Part shown: piece after piece, positions 1-10,453 of the stretch
How the letters are laid out: each line of letters begins with the position of its first letter
How positions within the stretch are numbered: position 1 is the first letter of the stretch
DNA from: Candidatus Hydrogenedentota bacterium
Lineage (GTDB): Bacteria > Hydrogenedentota > Hydrogenedentia > Hydrogenedentales > SLHB01
Direction of reading: 5' to 3'
Length of the DNA: 29,608 nucleotides
NCBI GenBank assembly: GCA_029974275.1
Contig: JARKSN010000153.1
Span: 1-29,608, forward strand
Program-made: the position numbers and the translations under genes
The notes under the pieces: model-generated
What the model was told of the DNA's origin: nothing
The model's input: only the letters and a program-made list of their open reading frames with translations
Database searches by the model: none

Positions 1-1
1 G

Positions 2-706
2 CTGCTGCTGCGCCGTCCGCCCGGACGCGAAGCCTATCCCGGCGACGTGTTCTACCTGCACTCGCGCTTGCTCGAACGCGCCGCCAAGCTAAGCGACGCA
101 AGGGGAGGCGGCAGCCTGACGGCGCTGCCCATCATCGAGACGCAGGCCGGCGACGTATCCGCGTATATCTCGACCAACGTGATCTCGATCACCGACGGCC
201 AGATATACCTCGAGTCGAACCTGTTTTATTCCGGCGTGCGCCCGGCCATCAACCCCGGCATCAGCGTGTCGCGCGTGGGCGGGGCCGCCCAAGTCAAGGC
301 CATGAAGAAAGTGGCCGGGCGGTTGCGCATCGACCTGGCGCAGTTTCGCGAACTCGAGGCCTTCGCCCAGTTCGGCAGCGAACTCGACAAGGCCACCCAG
401 GCCCAGTTGAATCGCGGCGCCCGGCTGGTCGAGGTGCTCAAGCAGCCTCAATATGCGCCGTTGCCGGTGACCAAGCAGGTGCTGATTATCTATGCCGCGA
501 CCCATGGCGCGCTCGACTCCGTCGCGTTGCCCGCCATCGCCCGATACGAGCACGAACTCTACGAGTACTTTGCGACCGAGGCCAAGGGCCTGTACGACGA
601 ACTCGACGCCGCAGGCGACCTCACCGATGATCTGCGCGGCAAACTCGACGCCGCCCTCAAGGACTTCGGCGAGAAATTCGCGCTGCGCAAGCGCGAGGAG
701 AACTGA
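2..706 (+). CDS. atpA: F0F1 ATP synthase subunit alpha, C-terminal part (5' truncated by window)
   Basis: Frame open from position 2: [72 protein letters not shown]; directly upstream of atpG-atpD-atpC. Confidence 0.98.
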   Translation: MLLRRPPGREAYPGDVFYLHSRLLERAAKLSDARGGGSLTALPIIETQAGDVSAYISTNVISITDGQIYLESNLFYSGVRPAINPGISVSRVGGAAQVKAMKKVAGRLRIDLAQFRELEAFAQFGSELDKATQAQLNRGARLVEVLKQPQYAPLPVTKQVLIIYAATHGALDSVALPAIARYEHELYEYFATEAKGLYDELDAAGDLTDDLRGKLDAALKDFGEKFALRKREEN

Positions 707-714
707 TCGCCCCC

Positions 715-1569
715 ATGGCCAATTTGCGCGACATACGCCGGCGCATCAACAGCGTCAAGAACACGCAAAAGATCACCCGCGCCATGAAAATGGTGGCGAC
801 GGCGAAATTGCGGCGCGCCCAGGACGCGATCGTCCGCATGCGTCCGTACGCATACCGGATGCGCGACATCGTCAACAGCCTCGCGCTGCGCGCCGATTCG
901 CGCCTGCACCCGCTGCTGCGGCGCGCGGACGGCGGACGCATCGAATTGATCGTGGTGACTTCGGACCGCGGCCTGTGCGGCGGATTCAACACCAACATCG
1001 TCAACGCCGCGATGGAATACGCCACGTCGAATTTTCAGAACCGCGAAGTGACCTTGACCCTGGTAGGCAGGCGCGGCATCGAATCCCTGCGGCGCCGGCG
1101 CCGGTTGCACATCCGCAAGACCTACGTCGACATCATGGAGGGGAACTCCCTGCGCAACGCGGGCCGCATCATCGACGAACTCACCGAGGAGTTCGTCAAA
1201 GGCGAACTGTCCGAGGTGCACTGCGTATACAACGAATTCAAGTCGGCGATATCCCAGCGCGTCGTCCTCGAGCGGCTTCTGCCGTTCGAACCCGCCCACA
1301 CGGACGTGCTGGCGATAGACTATCTGTACGAACCTGGGCCGGAGGCGTTGCTGGACGCTCTGCTGGGACAGCACTTGCAGGTGCAAATGCACCGCATCCT
1401 GCATGAATCGGCCGCCAGCGAGTTTGGCGCGCGGATGACGGCGATGGACGCGGCGACCAAGAACGCGGGCGATGTGATTGACCGTCTGACGCTGCGCTAC
1501 AACCGCGCGCGCCAGGACACGATCACGCGTGAAATGATTGAAATTGTCAGCGGCACGGAAGCGCTGTAG
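715..1569 (+). CDS. atpG: F0F1 ATP synthase subunit gamma
   Basis: IRRRINSVKNTQKITRAMKMVATAK, TSDRGLCGGFN, ASEFGARMTAMDAATKNA, YNRARQDTITREMIEIVSG. Confidence 0.98.
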   Translation: MANLRDIRRRINSVKNTQKITRAMKMVATAKLRRAQDAIVRMRPYAYRMRDIVNSLALRADSRLHPLLRRADGGRIELIVVTSDRGLCGGFNTNIVNAAMEYATSNFQNREVTLTLVGRRGIESLRRRRRLHIRKTYVDIMEGNSLRNAGRIIDELTEEFVKGELSEVHCVYNEFKSAISQRVVLERLLPFEPAHTDVLAIDYLYEPGPEALLDALLGQHLQVQMHRILHESAASEFGARMTAMDAATKNAGDVIDRLTLRYNRARQDTITREMIEIVSGTEAL

Positions 1570-1590
1570 GCTCAAGGGCCAGGCGCATAG

Positions 1591-3006
<1,416 letters not shown>

Positions 3007-3008
3007 TC

Positions 3009-3434
3009 GTGACCTCCGAAAGCAAAGACTGGATCGCGCTTGAACTGGCCGCGCCGGGAAGGCCGCTGATCGTCCGCGAAGCCGCCGGCGTCACGCTGCC
3101 CGGCGTGAACGGCCTGTTCATGGCGCTGCCGGGCCACGCGGCTCTTCTATCCCTCCTGGAAGTCGGCGTGGTCGAGGCCCACCTCGCCGACGGCAAGACG
3201 GAACGCTTCTTCGTAAACCAAGGGTACGCCGAAGTCCTGAATGACAAGGTCGTGATCCTGTCGCAAGACATTGCTTCCGGCGAGGAAATCGATCCCCAAC
3301 GCGCCGAGGAAGCCAAACAACGCGCCGAGGAGCGCCTCAAACAACACGGAAACATTGACGTCGCCCGGGCCGAATACGCCTTGCGGCGCGCGCTCGCCCG
3401 TCTTCAGGCTCATGGGGCCGGCGCCGCCCTCTAA
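3009..3434 (+). CDS. atpC: F0F1 ATP synthase subunit epsilon
   Basis: LPGHAALLS, GYAEV, EEIDPQRAEEAKQRAEERL, ALRRALARL; follows atpD; GTG start not certain. Confidence 0.93.
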   Translation: MTSESKDWIALELAAPGRPLIVREAAGVTLPGVNGLFMALPGHAALLSLLEVGVVEAHLADGKTERFFVNQGYAEVLNDKVVILSQDIASGEEIDPQRAEEAKQRAEERLKQHGNIDVARAEYALRRALARLQAHGAGAAL

Positions 3435-3503
3435 CAGCGCTTGACGCATGTCGCGCGCATGCGCGTCGCGTCGGCCTTTCTCGCGACAACAGGAGGCGCA
3501 AAG

Positions 3504-4004
3504 ATGATACATGCCCTTGACGAGTTCTTTCAGACGTGGGCAGGCGAGAGCGACGCGACGTTGAAGACGATCCGCGCGCTGACGGACGCTTCGCTGGCGC
3601 AACCGATCGCGCCGGGCCACCGCACGTTGGGGCGCATCGCGTGGCATATCGCCCTGACCATCCGCGAGATGATGGAGCGGACGGGGCTGGCCATCGACGG
3701 CCCTGCGCCCGACGCCCCGATGCCGGAAGATGCGAAGGCGATCGCCGATGCGTATGAGACGTCGTCGCGGTCGCTCGTGGACGCCATCCAGCGGAATTGG
3801 ACCGACGCTTCGCTCGCGGTCGAAGACAATTTATACGGCGGAATGTGGACGCGCGCGACGACCTTGTCCGTTCTCGTCAATCATCAAATCCACCACCGAG
3901 GCCAGATGACGGCGCTCATGCGCCAGGCAGGCTTGCGCGTACCGGGCATTTACGGCCCCGCACAGGAAGACTGGGCTTCGATGGGAATGGAGCCGCTTCC
4001 ATAA
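3504..4004 (+). CDS. DinB/YfiT-family protein
   Basis: RTLGRIAWHI and HQIHHRGQMTALMRQAG metal-binding His pattern; AGGAGG at 3491-3496 supports ATG 3504 over TTG 3441. Confidence 0.9.
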   Translation: MIHALDEFFQTWAGESDATLKTIRALTDASLAQPIAPGHRTLGRIAWHIALTIREMMERTGLAIDGPAPDAPMPEDAKAIADAYETSSRSLVDAIQRNWTDASLAVEDNLYGGMWTRATTLSVLVNHQIHHRGQMTALMRQAGLRVPGIYGPAQEDWASMGMEPLP

Positions 4005-4018
4005 CAGGAGACGCGCCC

Positions 4019-5113
4019 GTGAATGCGCGACGGATTCTGCTCCTGGCGGAGAGCCCCTATTTCGGGGGCATCGCATCGCACATCCTCAGCATCCCGCAAG
4101 CCTTTGCAGGCGATGCGCGCTATGCGTTCGTCGTCGCGACATTGCCTGGACGGCGCCGCGGCGGGCAGTTTCTCTTCGATCGCGGCCAAGCGTTGGATAT
4201 CGCCGTGCATGGCCTCGCCATGGACGGAACCTTCGACCGGCGCGTGTTCGGCGAATTGCGCCGTCTCGTGCGCGAGCAACGGATCGACCTCGTCCACACG
4301 CACAATTATCGCGCCACGTTGATCGCCGCCCGCGCGCGCCTCGACGTCCCCCTCATCAACACGTGCCACGGATTCATGGTGGCGCCGAACCTGCGCCTGC
4401 GGTTCTGGCAATGGGCGGAACTGCGCGCCATGAGACGGTTTCCGCGGGTCTTGGCGTGTTCAGATCACGTGCGCGCGCGCCTCATTGAAAAAGGCCTCGC
4501 GCCCGATCGCGTGCGCACGGTGCGCAACGCATTCGCGGCGCCCGCGCCCCTGCCTCCAGCCGCGTCGCGCGAACCATACGGCATTGCGCCGGACATGCGC
4601 CTCGTTTTATTCGCCGGACGGCTCGTGCACGGCAAGGGCGTGCATCTCCTCGTCGAAGCGCTGACGCGCGCGCGCGGCTGGGCGGCTCTCATTGCGGGCG
4701 ACGGCCCGTTGCGGGGCAAACTCGAGGAGCAAGCGCGCCGCCTGGGCGTTTCCGCGCATTTCGCGGGACACGTCATGGACCCCTTGCCGCTGTATCGCAT
4801 GGCCGACGCGGTCGCGCTGCCTTCCGAGATGGAAGCGTTGCCCATGACGCTTATCGAGGCCGCCGCGTGCGAACGCGCCGTCATCGCGACGCGCGTGGGC
4901 GGCATTCCTGAAATCGTCGCCGAAAACGAAACCGGCCTGCTCTTTCCGCCCAACGACGCGACCGCCCTGGCCGCCGCCCTCGAACAATTGAACGACGCTG
5001 CGCGCCGCACACGGATGGGAAATGCCGCGCGCGCCCGATACGAAACGCTCTTTTGTCCCGTGCGCATGGCGCACGACCTCGCGCGCGCATACGACGACGC
5101 CCTCCGTCGCTAG
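4019..5113 (+). CDS. Glycosyltransferase family 4 (GT-B) protein
   Basis: DLVHTH, FAGRLVHGKG, PSEMEALPMTLIEAAA (ExxxxxxxE), TRVGGIPEIV; AGGAG at 4006-4010 supports GTG 4019. Confidence 0.9.
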   Translation: MNARRILLLAESPYFGGIASHILSIPQAFAGDARYAFVVATLPGRRRGGQFLFDRGQALDIAVHGLAMDGTFDRRVFGELRRLVREQRIDLVHTHNYRATLIAARARLDVPLINTCHGFMVAPNLRLRFWQWAELRAMRRFPRVLACSDHVRARLIEKGLAPDRVRTVRNAFAAPAPLPPAASREPYGIAPDMRLVLFAGRLVHGKGVHLLVEALTRARGWAALIAGDGPLRGKLEEQARRLGVSAHFAGHVMDPLPLYRMADAVALPSEMEALPMTLIEAAACERAVIATRVGGIPEIVAENETGLLFPPNDATALAAALEQLNDAARRTRMGNAARARYETLFCPVRMAHDLARAYDDALRR

Positions 5114-5216
5114 AGCATTTTCGCCAGTTATGCCTACGCCATAGACGCTTAAGAAACGTTGGCGAAAATGCTCTCACAAGACGGATCGGGGCACAAAAAG
5201 TTATTCCACTGCTCTA
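5111..5216. repeat. Palindromic intergenic element (MITE/REP-like or bidirectional terminator) between convergent genes
   Basis: Perfect 15-bp inverted repeat AGAGCATTTTCGCCA (5112-5126) / TGGCGAAAATGCTCT (5160-5174); TAGAGCA (5111-5117) / TGCTCTA (5210-5216) at the outer ends. Confidence 0.55.
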
Positions 5217-6734
5217 ATGCTGGCCGCCCATGTGCGCCGATTTAATGGAATCCAGACGCGGGATGGAGTATGTGCCCATGACCATCTGGTCCAGGATGCT
5301 GACGTCGGTGGCGGCTTCGCGGGCATGTTCCAGATCGAGGATTCCTTTCTTGTAGAGCCGGAAGAGATAGTCCTCGAAAATGAAGGAGTGCGACACGGAC
5401 TGTTGCATGCCAATGCGAATGCCGTCGGTATCGCCCGCGAGAATGGCCGAATTGAGCGGTTTGATGTCGTTGAACATGATCTCGAGAATGGGCACGCGCC
5501 CTCCGCCGACGCGGGGGACGAGCCGTTGACAAATCACGCAGCGAATGCAGTCGCGAAGCTGGAGCTTGACGAGGTCGCGTTCGACTGGGTCGAAGAAACT
5601 GACGATGCGATTGACGACCTCGGCGGCGGTGTTCGCGTGCAACGTGCTGATCACCAAGTGGCCCGTCGCGGCGGCGTTGATGGCCGACCGAATGGTGTCG
5701 GGATCGCGCATTTCGCCGATGACGACGACGTCGGGGTCATGACGCAGGGCGCCGCGCACGGCTTCGCCGAAGGTGAGCACGTCGGTGCCGGTATTGCGTT
5801 GCGACACCATGGATTTCTTGTTCATGTGGACGTACTCCACGGGGTTCTCGATGGTGAGAATGTGGAGTTGCCGCGTGTTGTTGATCCAGTCCACCAGCGC
5901 CGCGACGGTGGTCGACTTGCCGCTGCCCGTCATGCCGGTGACCAAGACAAGCCCGTGGTGCAGCGTGGCGAGGCGGGTCATGGTTTCGCCGGGGATGTTG
6001 AGTTCTTCAAACGACGGGATGATTTCGGGCAGGAACCGGATGGTGCAGTGCGGCGCACCCGACTTGATGAAGCACGAGATGCGGGAATAGCCCAACCCTA
6101 CCTGGTGGAAATTGAAGCTGGCCTGCTTGTGCTCCTGAAACTCTTTCCAATCCACTTCCGTTGCGAGCTCGTGGATCAGCGCCGAAATCTGCTCCGAGGA
6201 GAGCGGGCCGATGATCTCCGAATGGCGCATCTGGTTGTCGATGCGAAACACCGGAGGTTCGCCGGGACATAGGTGCGTGTCGCTGGCTTTGTAGCGGATC
6301 ATGGCCTGAAACAGCAGTTCGACGCTGATATGGTCGACGCGGTATTTCTCGCCGTGGACGCGCCACACTTCGGGCATGGGAAGGCTCTGGGCGATTATCT
6401 CCAAGGCTTCGATCGCGCGATCGTCGAGGGGCTTGCCCGGCGCGGGAACCGTGACGGTCAGCATGCCGCCCTGTTCGGCGACGCTGCACGACTCTCCGTA
6501 GCCCACGAGCGTTTGCCGCAATTCGGCGACGGGAATGCGAGCCGTGTCCGCTTGGATTTTGTAGCAGGAGACCGACGCGTCGTAATCCGGCTTTTCGCCG
6601 ATGAGATGAATGCCGCCCGCCCGGGCATGAACGATGCGCGGATAGCCTTGGTTCTTGCGCAACTGATTTTCGCAAAGCTGGATGATGGTGCGAATGGGCT
6701 TGTTCTGGCCAAGCCCGAGGATGGTCTCCGTCAT
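5214..6734 (-). CDS. PilT/PilU-family type IV pilus retraction ATPase with N-terminal extension
   Basis: ASDTHL, Walker A GMTGSGKSTT, Asp box TIENPVEY, ALRHDPDVVVIGEMRD, His box TGHLVISTLHAN; GGAGG RBS upstream. Confidence 0.92.
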   Translation of the reverse strand: MTETILGLGQNKPIRTIIQLCENQLRKNQGYPRIVHARAGGIHLIGEKPDYDASVSCYKIQADTARIPVAELRQTLVGYGESCSVAEQGGMLTVTVPAPGKPLDDRAIEALEIIAQSLPMPEVWRVHGEKYRVDHISVELLFQAMIRYKASDTHLCPGEPPVFRIDNQMRHSEIIGPLSSEQISALIHELATEVDWKEFQEHKQASFNFHQVGLGYSRISCFIKSGAPHCTIRFLPEIIPSFEELNIPGETMTRLATLHHGLVLVTGMTGSGKSTTVAALVDWINNTRQLHILTIENPVEYVHMNKKSMVSQRNTGTDVLTFGEAVRGALRHDPDVVVIGEMRDPDTIRSAINAAATGHLVISTLHANTAAEVVNRIVSFFDPVERDLVKLQLRDCIRCVICQRLVPRVGGGRVPILEIMFNDIKPLNSAILAGDTDGIRIGMQQSVSHSFIFEDYLFRLYKKGILDLEHAREAATDVSILDQMVMGTYSIPRLDSIKSAHMGGQH

Positions 6735-6798
6735 GGCGTCCCTCCCGGTCCGGTAAGGAATCCCCTGTCGTCACGCATGGCGCACGCCCAACATCCGA

Positions 6799-6807
6799 AG
6801 TATAGCA
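6799..6807 (-). promoter_or_regulatory. Extended -10 promoter for the PilT-like gene
   Basis: TGCTATACT on the minus strand ~65 nt upstream of the start; no clear -35. Confidence 0.5.
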
Positions 6808-6966
6808 CGGAGACGATGCGCGAATGCCACTGATTTCCGCAAAATCCGGGGCGGAGGAATGAAGGGGCGTCATGGGAGGATGGCCTGGGCCGTTTACGTA
6901 GAACGATAGACGGCTTTCCCGGAAGCGGTTTTCCGACGAAATGCGGCCACGCCGTTTCGAAACGCG

Positions 6967-7896
6967 TCAGCCCTTCACGGCGCCGAGCTGAATGCCGCGA
7001 ACGAGCTGTTTTTGCAGGATCACGAAAACGACGATCAGGGGGATGATGTTGAGCACGGTCGCCGCCATGATAAGGTTGGTTTGCCGGACGTAGAGGGTGT
7101 CGAAATAAAGCATGCCCACCGGCAGCGTGCGCAGATGTTCGCTCTTGATGCTGACCAGCGGCCAGAAAAAACTGCCGTAGTTGCCCAGAAAGGTTAGCAG
7201 CGCCAAGGTGATGATTCCCGGGCGGGACAGGGGCAGGATGATGTCCCAGAACAGGCGCCAATGGTTGGCGCCGTCGATCACGGCGGCCTCGTCGAGACTT
7301 GGCGGGATGCCGAGCATGAACTGGCGCATGAGGAACGTGCCGAAGGCGCTGAATGCGGCGGGGATAATCAGGGCCTGGTATGTGTCCAGCATGTGCAGTT
7401 GGACGATGAGGGTGTAGTTGGGAATCATGGTGACCACGCCGGGAATCATCATGGTGGCGAGGTACAGCTTGAAAACGTGATCGCGTCCGGGCCACGCGAG
7501 CCGCGCGAAGGCGTAGGCGGCCATGGCGCTGGTCGCGCAGGTCAGCAAGGTGACCCAACCCGCCACGAACAGGCTGTTGAAATAGTATTTTTTGAACGAA
7601 ATATCCGTTGAATTCCAGACGCTGTCGTAGTTGGCGCGGGTATTCGCCGCATAATACTCCCAGAGAGAAAACTCCGCGGCCTGAGTTTGGCGCAGGTGCG
7701 CGTCGACGGTCTGAGGCCGGGGAAAGGGATTGACGCGTTCGGACTCGCTCAGCGGCTTGCTGCCCGCCACGACCATCCACACAAAGGGGAGCAGCGTGGT
7801 CGCGGCCATCAGGACGAGGAGGACGTGCGCCGCCCCGAAACGGCCTCGGCGAAACCACCAGCCCTGCGCGCCGCGTCCCCGGTTAGTAGTTGACAT
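6967..7896 (-). CDS. Carbohydrate ABC transporter permease (MalG/UgpE-like)
   Basis: AAYAFARL, EAA loop IPPSLDEAAVIDGA, C-terminal QKQLVRGIQLGAVKG; ATG 7896 with GGAG RBS overlaps the upstream permease end. Confidence 0.93.
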   Translation of the reverse strand: MSTTNRGRGAQGWWFRRGRFGAAHVLLVLMAATTLLPFVWMVVAGSKPLSESERVNPFPRPQTVDAHLRQTQAAEFSLWEYYAANTRANYDSVWNSTDISFKKYYFNSLFVAGWVTLLTCATSAMAAYAFARLAWPGRDHVFKLYLATMMIPGVVTMIPNYTLIVQLHMLDTYQALIIPAAFSAFGTFLMRQFMLGIPPSLDEAAVIDGANHWRLFWDIILPLSRPGIITLALLTFLGNYGSFFWPLVSIKSEHLRTLPVGMLYFDTLYVRQTNLIMAATVLNIIPLIVVFVILQKQLVRGIQLGAVKG

Positions 7897-8842
7897 AGCG
7901 GCTCCCAAAACGCCAATTCACGAGGGTGATGGCGAAAATGAAGGAGAACAGGACCCAGGCGATTGCGGAGGCATAGCCTATCTGAAATTCCACGAACGCC
8001 TTGTTGTAGATGTAGAAGGCGAGCGTTGTCGTCGTGCCGCCCGGCCCGCCGTTGGTCATGACGCGCGCCTGTTCAAACCCGCCCTGCAACCCGCCGATGA
8101 AGCTCATGATGACAATGAAAAACGTGGTCGGGGCGAGTTGCGGCCACGTGACGTTCCAGAACTTGCGCCACGCGTTGGCGCCGTCGATGTCGGCGGCCTC
8201 GTACAATTCCGGAGGGATGTTGGAGATGCCCGCCAAGTACAACAGCATGTTGCTGCCGCCGATGGCGATCCATATGCCCATGATGATGATGGCTTCGCGC
8301 GCGCCCACGCCGAAATCGCGGGCCGAAATATGCACCCGCTCCGGGGCGAGACCCAGCAGATTCTCGGTGGACAATAGCCATTTGGGCAGTTCAACGCCCG
8401 GCGCGCCAAAAACGTCGAAAACATGGCGCAATGCCGTGTTGATGGGCCCGAACTCGGGGTTGTAGAGCTGTTTCCACAGGATGAACAGCGCGACGCCCGC
8501 CGTGAACGACGGCAGATAGAACAACGTGCGGTAGATCGTCATGCCGCGCAGCTTCTGGCTGAGCAGCACGGCGAGAAACAGCGACCCGGCAATGGAAACC
8601 GGAATGCCGATCATGAAATAGATCGTGTTCACGAAGTACAGCCAGAATTGCGGGTCTTGGACAAGGGCGAAGTAATTCTCGAGGCCGACGACGTGAAACG
8701 GGACGGTGCGCATCAGATTCCAGTTCGTGAAGGACGCGCCGAGCGAGAAAAGGACCGGTCCCAACGTGAACACCAGGAAACCGGCGAAATTGGGCAGCAG
8801 AAAGCACAACGCCACCGTAGCGGTTCGCAGGCGGGCGTTCAT
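7883..8842 (-). CDS. Carbohydrate ABC transporter permease (MalF/UgpA-like)
   Basis: YRTLFYLPS, EAA loop IPPELYEAADIDGA, GYASAIAW; ATG 8842 overlaps the binding-protein stop (ATGA), so the ORF-track extension to 9613 is spurious. Confidence 0.93.
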   Translation of the reverse strand: MNARLRTATVALCFLLPNFAGFLVFTLGPVLFSLGASFTNWNLMRTVPFHVVGLENYFALVQDPQFWLYFVNTIYFMIGIPVSIAGSLFLAVLLSQKLRGMTIYRTLFYLPSFTAGVALFILWKQLYNPEFGPINTALRHVFDVFGAPGVELPKWLLSTENLLGLAPERVHISARDFGVGAREAIIIMGIWIAIGGSNMLLYLAGISNIPPELYEAADIDGANAWRKFWNVTWPQLAPTTFFIVIMSFIGGLQGGFEQARVMTNGGPGGTTTTLAFYIYNKAFVEFQIGYASAIAWVLFSFIFAITLVNWRFGSRYVNY

Positions 8843-10239
8843 GGGGCTTCCTCCGGGCGGTCCCATGCGGGCAGCGCCCCATGCTGAACCGCGTCCATGT
8901 ATTGCGCCTTCATCGCGGGGTCCATGCGCAGTTGCTTCACGATGCCCTGGTTGATTCTTGCGGCGAGATCGCGCATGGCCTGCTCGCCCGTCTTTTTGCC
9001 CGCCTTGATAAGGTCCATTTGGTGCAGCAAACGGACCTCCACTTCCTTGCCGTTCACATACGGGCTGACGGGCATGGGATCGGCGTTCGCCACGGCGTCG
9101 CGCCACACCGCGTTGAAATCCTCCTTGGGCCGATCGGGATCGTGCAGGAAGGCATCCGTGTAGCAATGCTTCATCACGGGCCCCAATCCATCCGCCTGGC
9201 GGTTGATCAACGCGTTGTATTCCTCGCTGTGGAGAAAGGCCAAAAACGCGAGCGCTCCTTCGATGCGCTTGCTGCGCTTGTTGATGACCGTTGTTTTGCC
9301 GTTGCCTACCACGCGCGGCAGGAGACCTTTCGGGATGCTGACGATGCCCAGGCGGAGATGGTCGTAGTCTTGCTTCCGCAAGAGCAGCAGCCACCAGCGC
9401 CCGCCGATGGCCATGGCCCCCTTTTCGCCCGCGAACAGGGTCAGTCCCCCGGCCCCCCAGCCCCCAGAAGCGGCCATCGAGAACTCGTCGGAAAGACTCG
9501 GCATGACGCGATGCTTGTAGATGATGTCCTGCATGAACTGAACCGCCGCGCCGGCCTGCGGCTGGTCCAACATGCAGCGCGTGCCTGCTTCGTTGTACAT
9601 CGGCGCGTTCCACTGATGCCAGAAGAGGTGATACTCATTCGGGTCGTATGGGCCGAGGAAACCGAATTGCACGGGCCTCCCATGCGCATCGCGCCGGGTC
9701 AGCCGTTGGGCGATGGCCAGAAAATCGTCCCAGGTCCAATCCGGCGTTGGATACGGAACGCCCGCTTCGTCGAACATCCGCTTGTTGTACCACATCGCCG
9801 GAGCGCTGACGTTGGCCGGGTGGCCGTAGATGCGCCCGTTGAGTTCATACGTCGGCTTGAGGCATGGCCACGTCTCGCTCAAATCGATGCCCAGGCGCTG
9901 AAAATCGTCGGTGCAATCGTAGGCGATGTCCGCCTTGATAAACGCGGTCAGGCCGGAAGTGTCGTAGCAATCAAACAAGTCCGGCCCCACGCCCGCGATT
10001 GATTGCACGATGATTTTTTCGGTGGTGCCGTTTTGGGCGTCAAGGACGACCCGATAGGTTTCGTTCATGCTGTTGAACAGGGCGATTGTCTCGCGGCGCG
10101 TCGGGGCGTCGTCCGTCACCCAGACCAATTCGATGCGATCATCGATGCGGGCGGGCTTCCAGTAAGCCGCCAACATCGACAGCAGGGTCATAAAGACAAA
10201 ACCGCCTATCAGGGTGTATTTCACGATGGCGTCATCCAC
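8839..10239 (-). CDS. Extracellular solute-binding protein, family 1 (sugar ABC transporter)
   Basis: MWYNKRMFDEAGVPYPTPDWTWDDFL, LFAGEKGAMAIGGRW; N-terminal hydrophobic anchor without lipobox; start may be GTG 10224. Confidence 0.9.
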   Translation of the reverse strand: MDDAIVKYTLIGGFVFMTLLSMLAAYWKPARIDDRIELVWVTDDAPTRRETIALFNSMNETYRVVLDAQNGTTEKIIVQSIAGVGPDLFDCYDTSGLTAFIKADIAYDCTDDFQRLGIDLSETWPCLKPTYELNGRIYGHPANVSAPAMWYNKRMFDEAGVPYPTPDWTWDDFLAIAQRLTRRDAHGRPVQFGFLGPYDPNEYHLFWHQWNAPMYNEAGTRCMLDQPQAGAAVQFMQDIIYKHRVMPSLSDEFSMAASGGWGAGGLTLFAGEKGAMAIGGRWWLLLLRKQDYDHLRLGIVSIPKGLLPRVVGNGKTTVINKRSKRIEGALAFLAFLHSEEYNALINRQADGLGPVMKHCYTDAFLHDPDRPKEDFNAVWRDAVANADPMPVSPYVNGKEVEVRLLHQMDLIKAGKKTGEQAMRDLAARINQGIVKQLRMDPAMKAQYMDAVQHGALPAWDRPEEAP

Positions 10240-10293
10240 ACTTTCGCACGGCCGGCGCGAAACCGATCCCGCAACGCGCTACGCAGGACCGAA

Positions 10294-10322
10294 ACGATAC
10301 CAAAGGCGGCGGCATGCGTCAA
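10294..10322 (-). promoter_or_regulatory. Sigma70-type promoter of ABC cassette 1
   Basis: TTGACG-17 bp-TATCGT with TGn extension on the minus strand. Confidence 0.65.
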
Positions 10323-10392
10323 ACTTTTCACGAAAAACGCCGTAATGCGGTCAGCGGCAGGAAACGAAAGCGGGCCTTTCGCGAGCGGCAGG

Positions 10393-10425
10393 AAAAAGAA
10401 CGGACCCCGATGCCGGGGCCCGTTC
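10393..10425 (-). terminator. Rho-independent terminator of rpsD
   Basis: Minus strand GAACGGGCCCCG-GCAT-CGGGGTCCGTTC followed by TTTTT, ~30 nt after the rpsD stop. Confidence 0.85.
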
Positions 10426-10453
10426 CGATGCTCATCCGCCCAAGCCGCATGGC

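Noticed and set aside
6953..6964. Perfect palindrome CGTTTCGAAACG after the permease stop
   Set aside because: Single 12-bp instance far from the promoter with no U-tract; not distinguishable from chance
8843..9613. N-terminal extension of the permease in the ORF track
   Set aside because: Overlaps the binding-protein gene; ATGA coupling at 8839-8842 gives the real start. Similar over-extensions were rejected at 3797, 15252, 23166 and 27273
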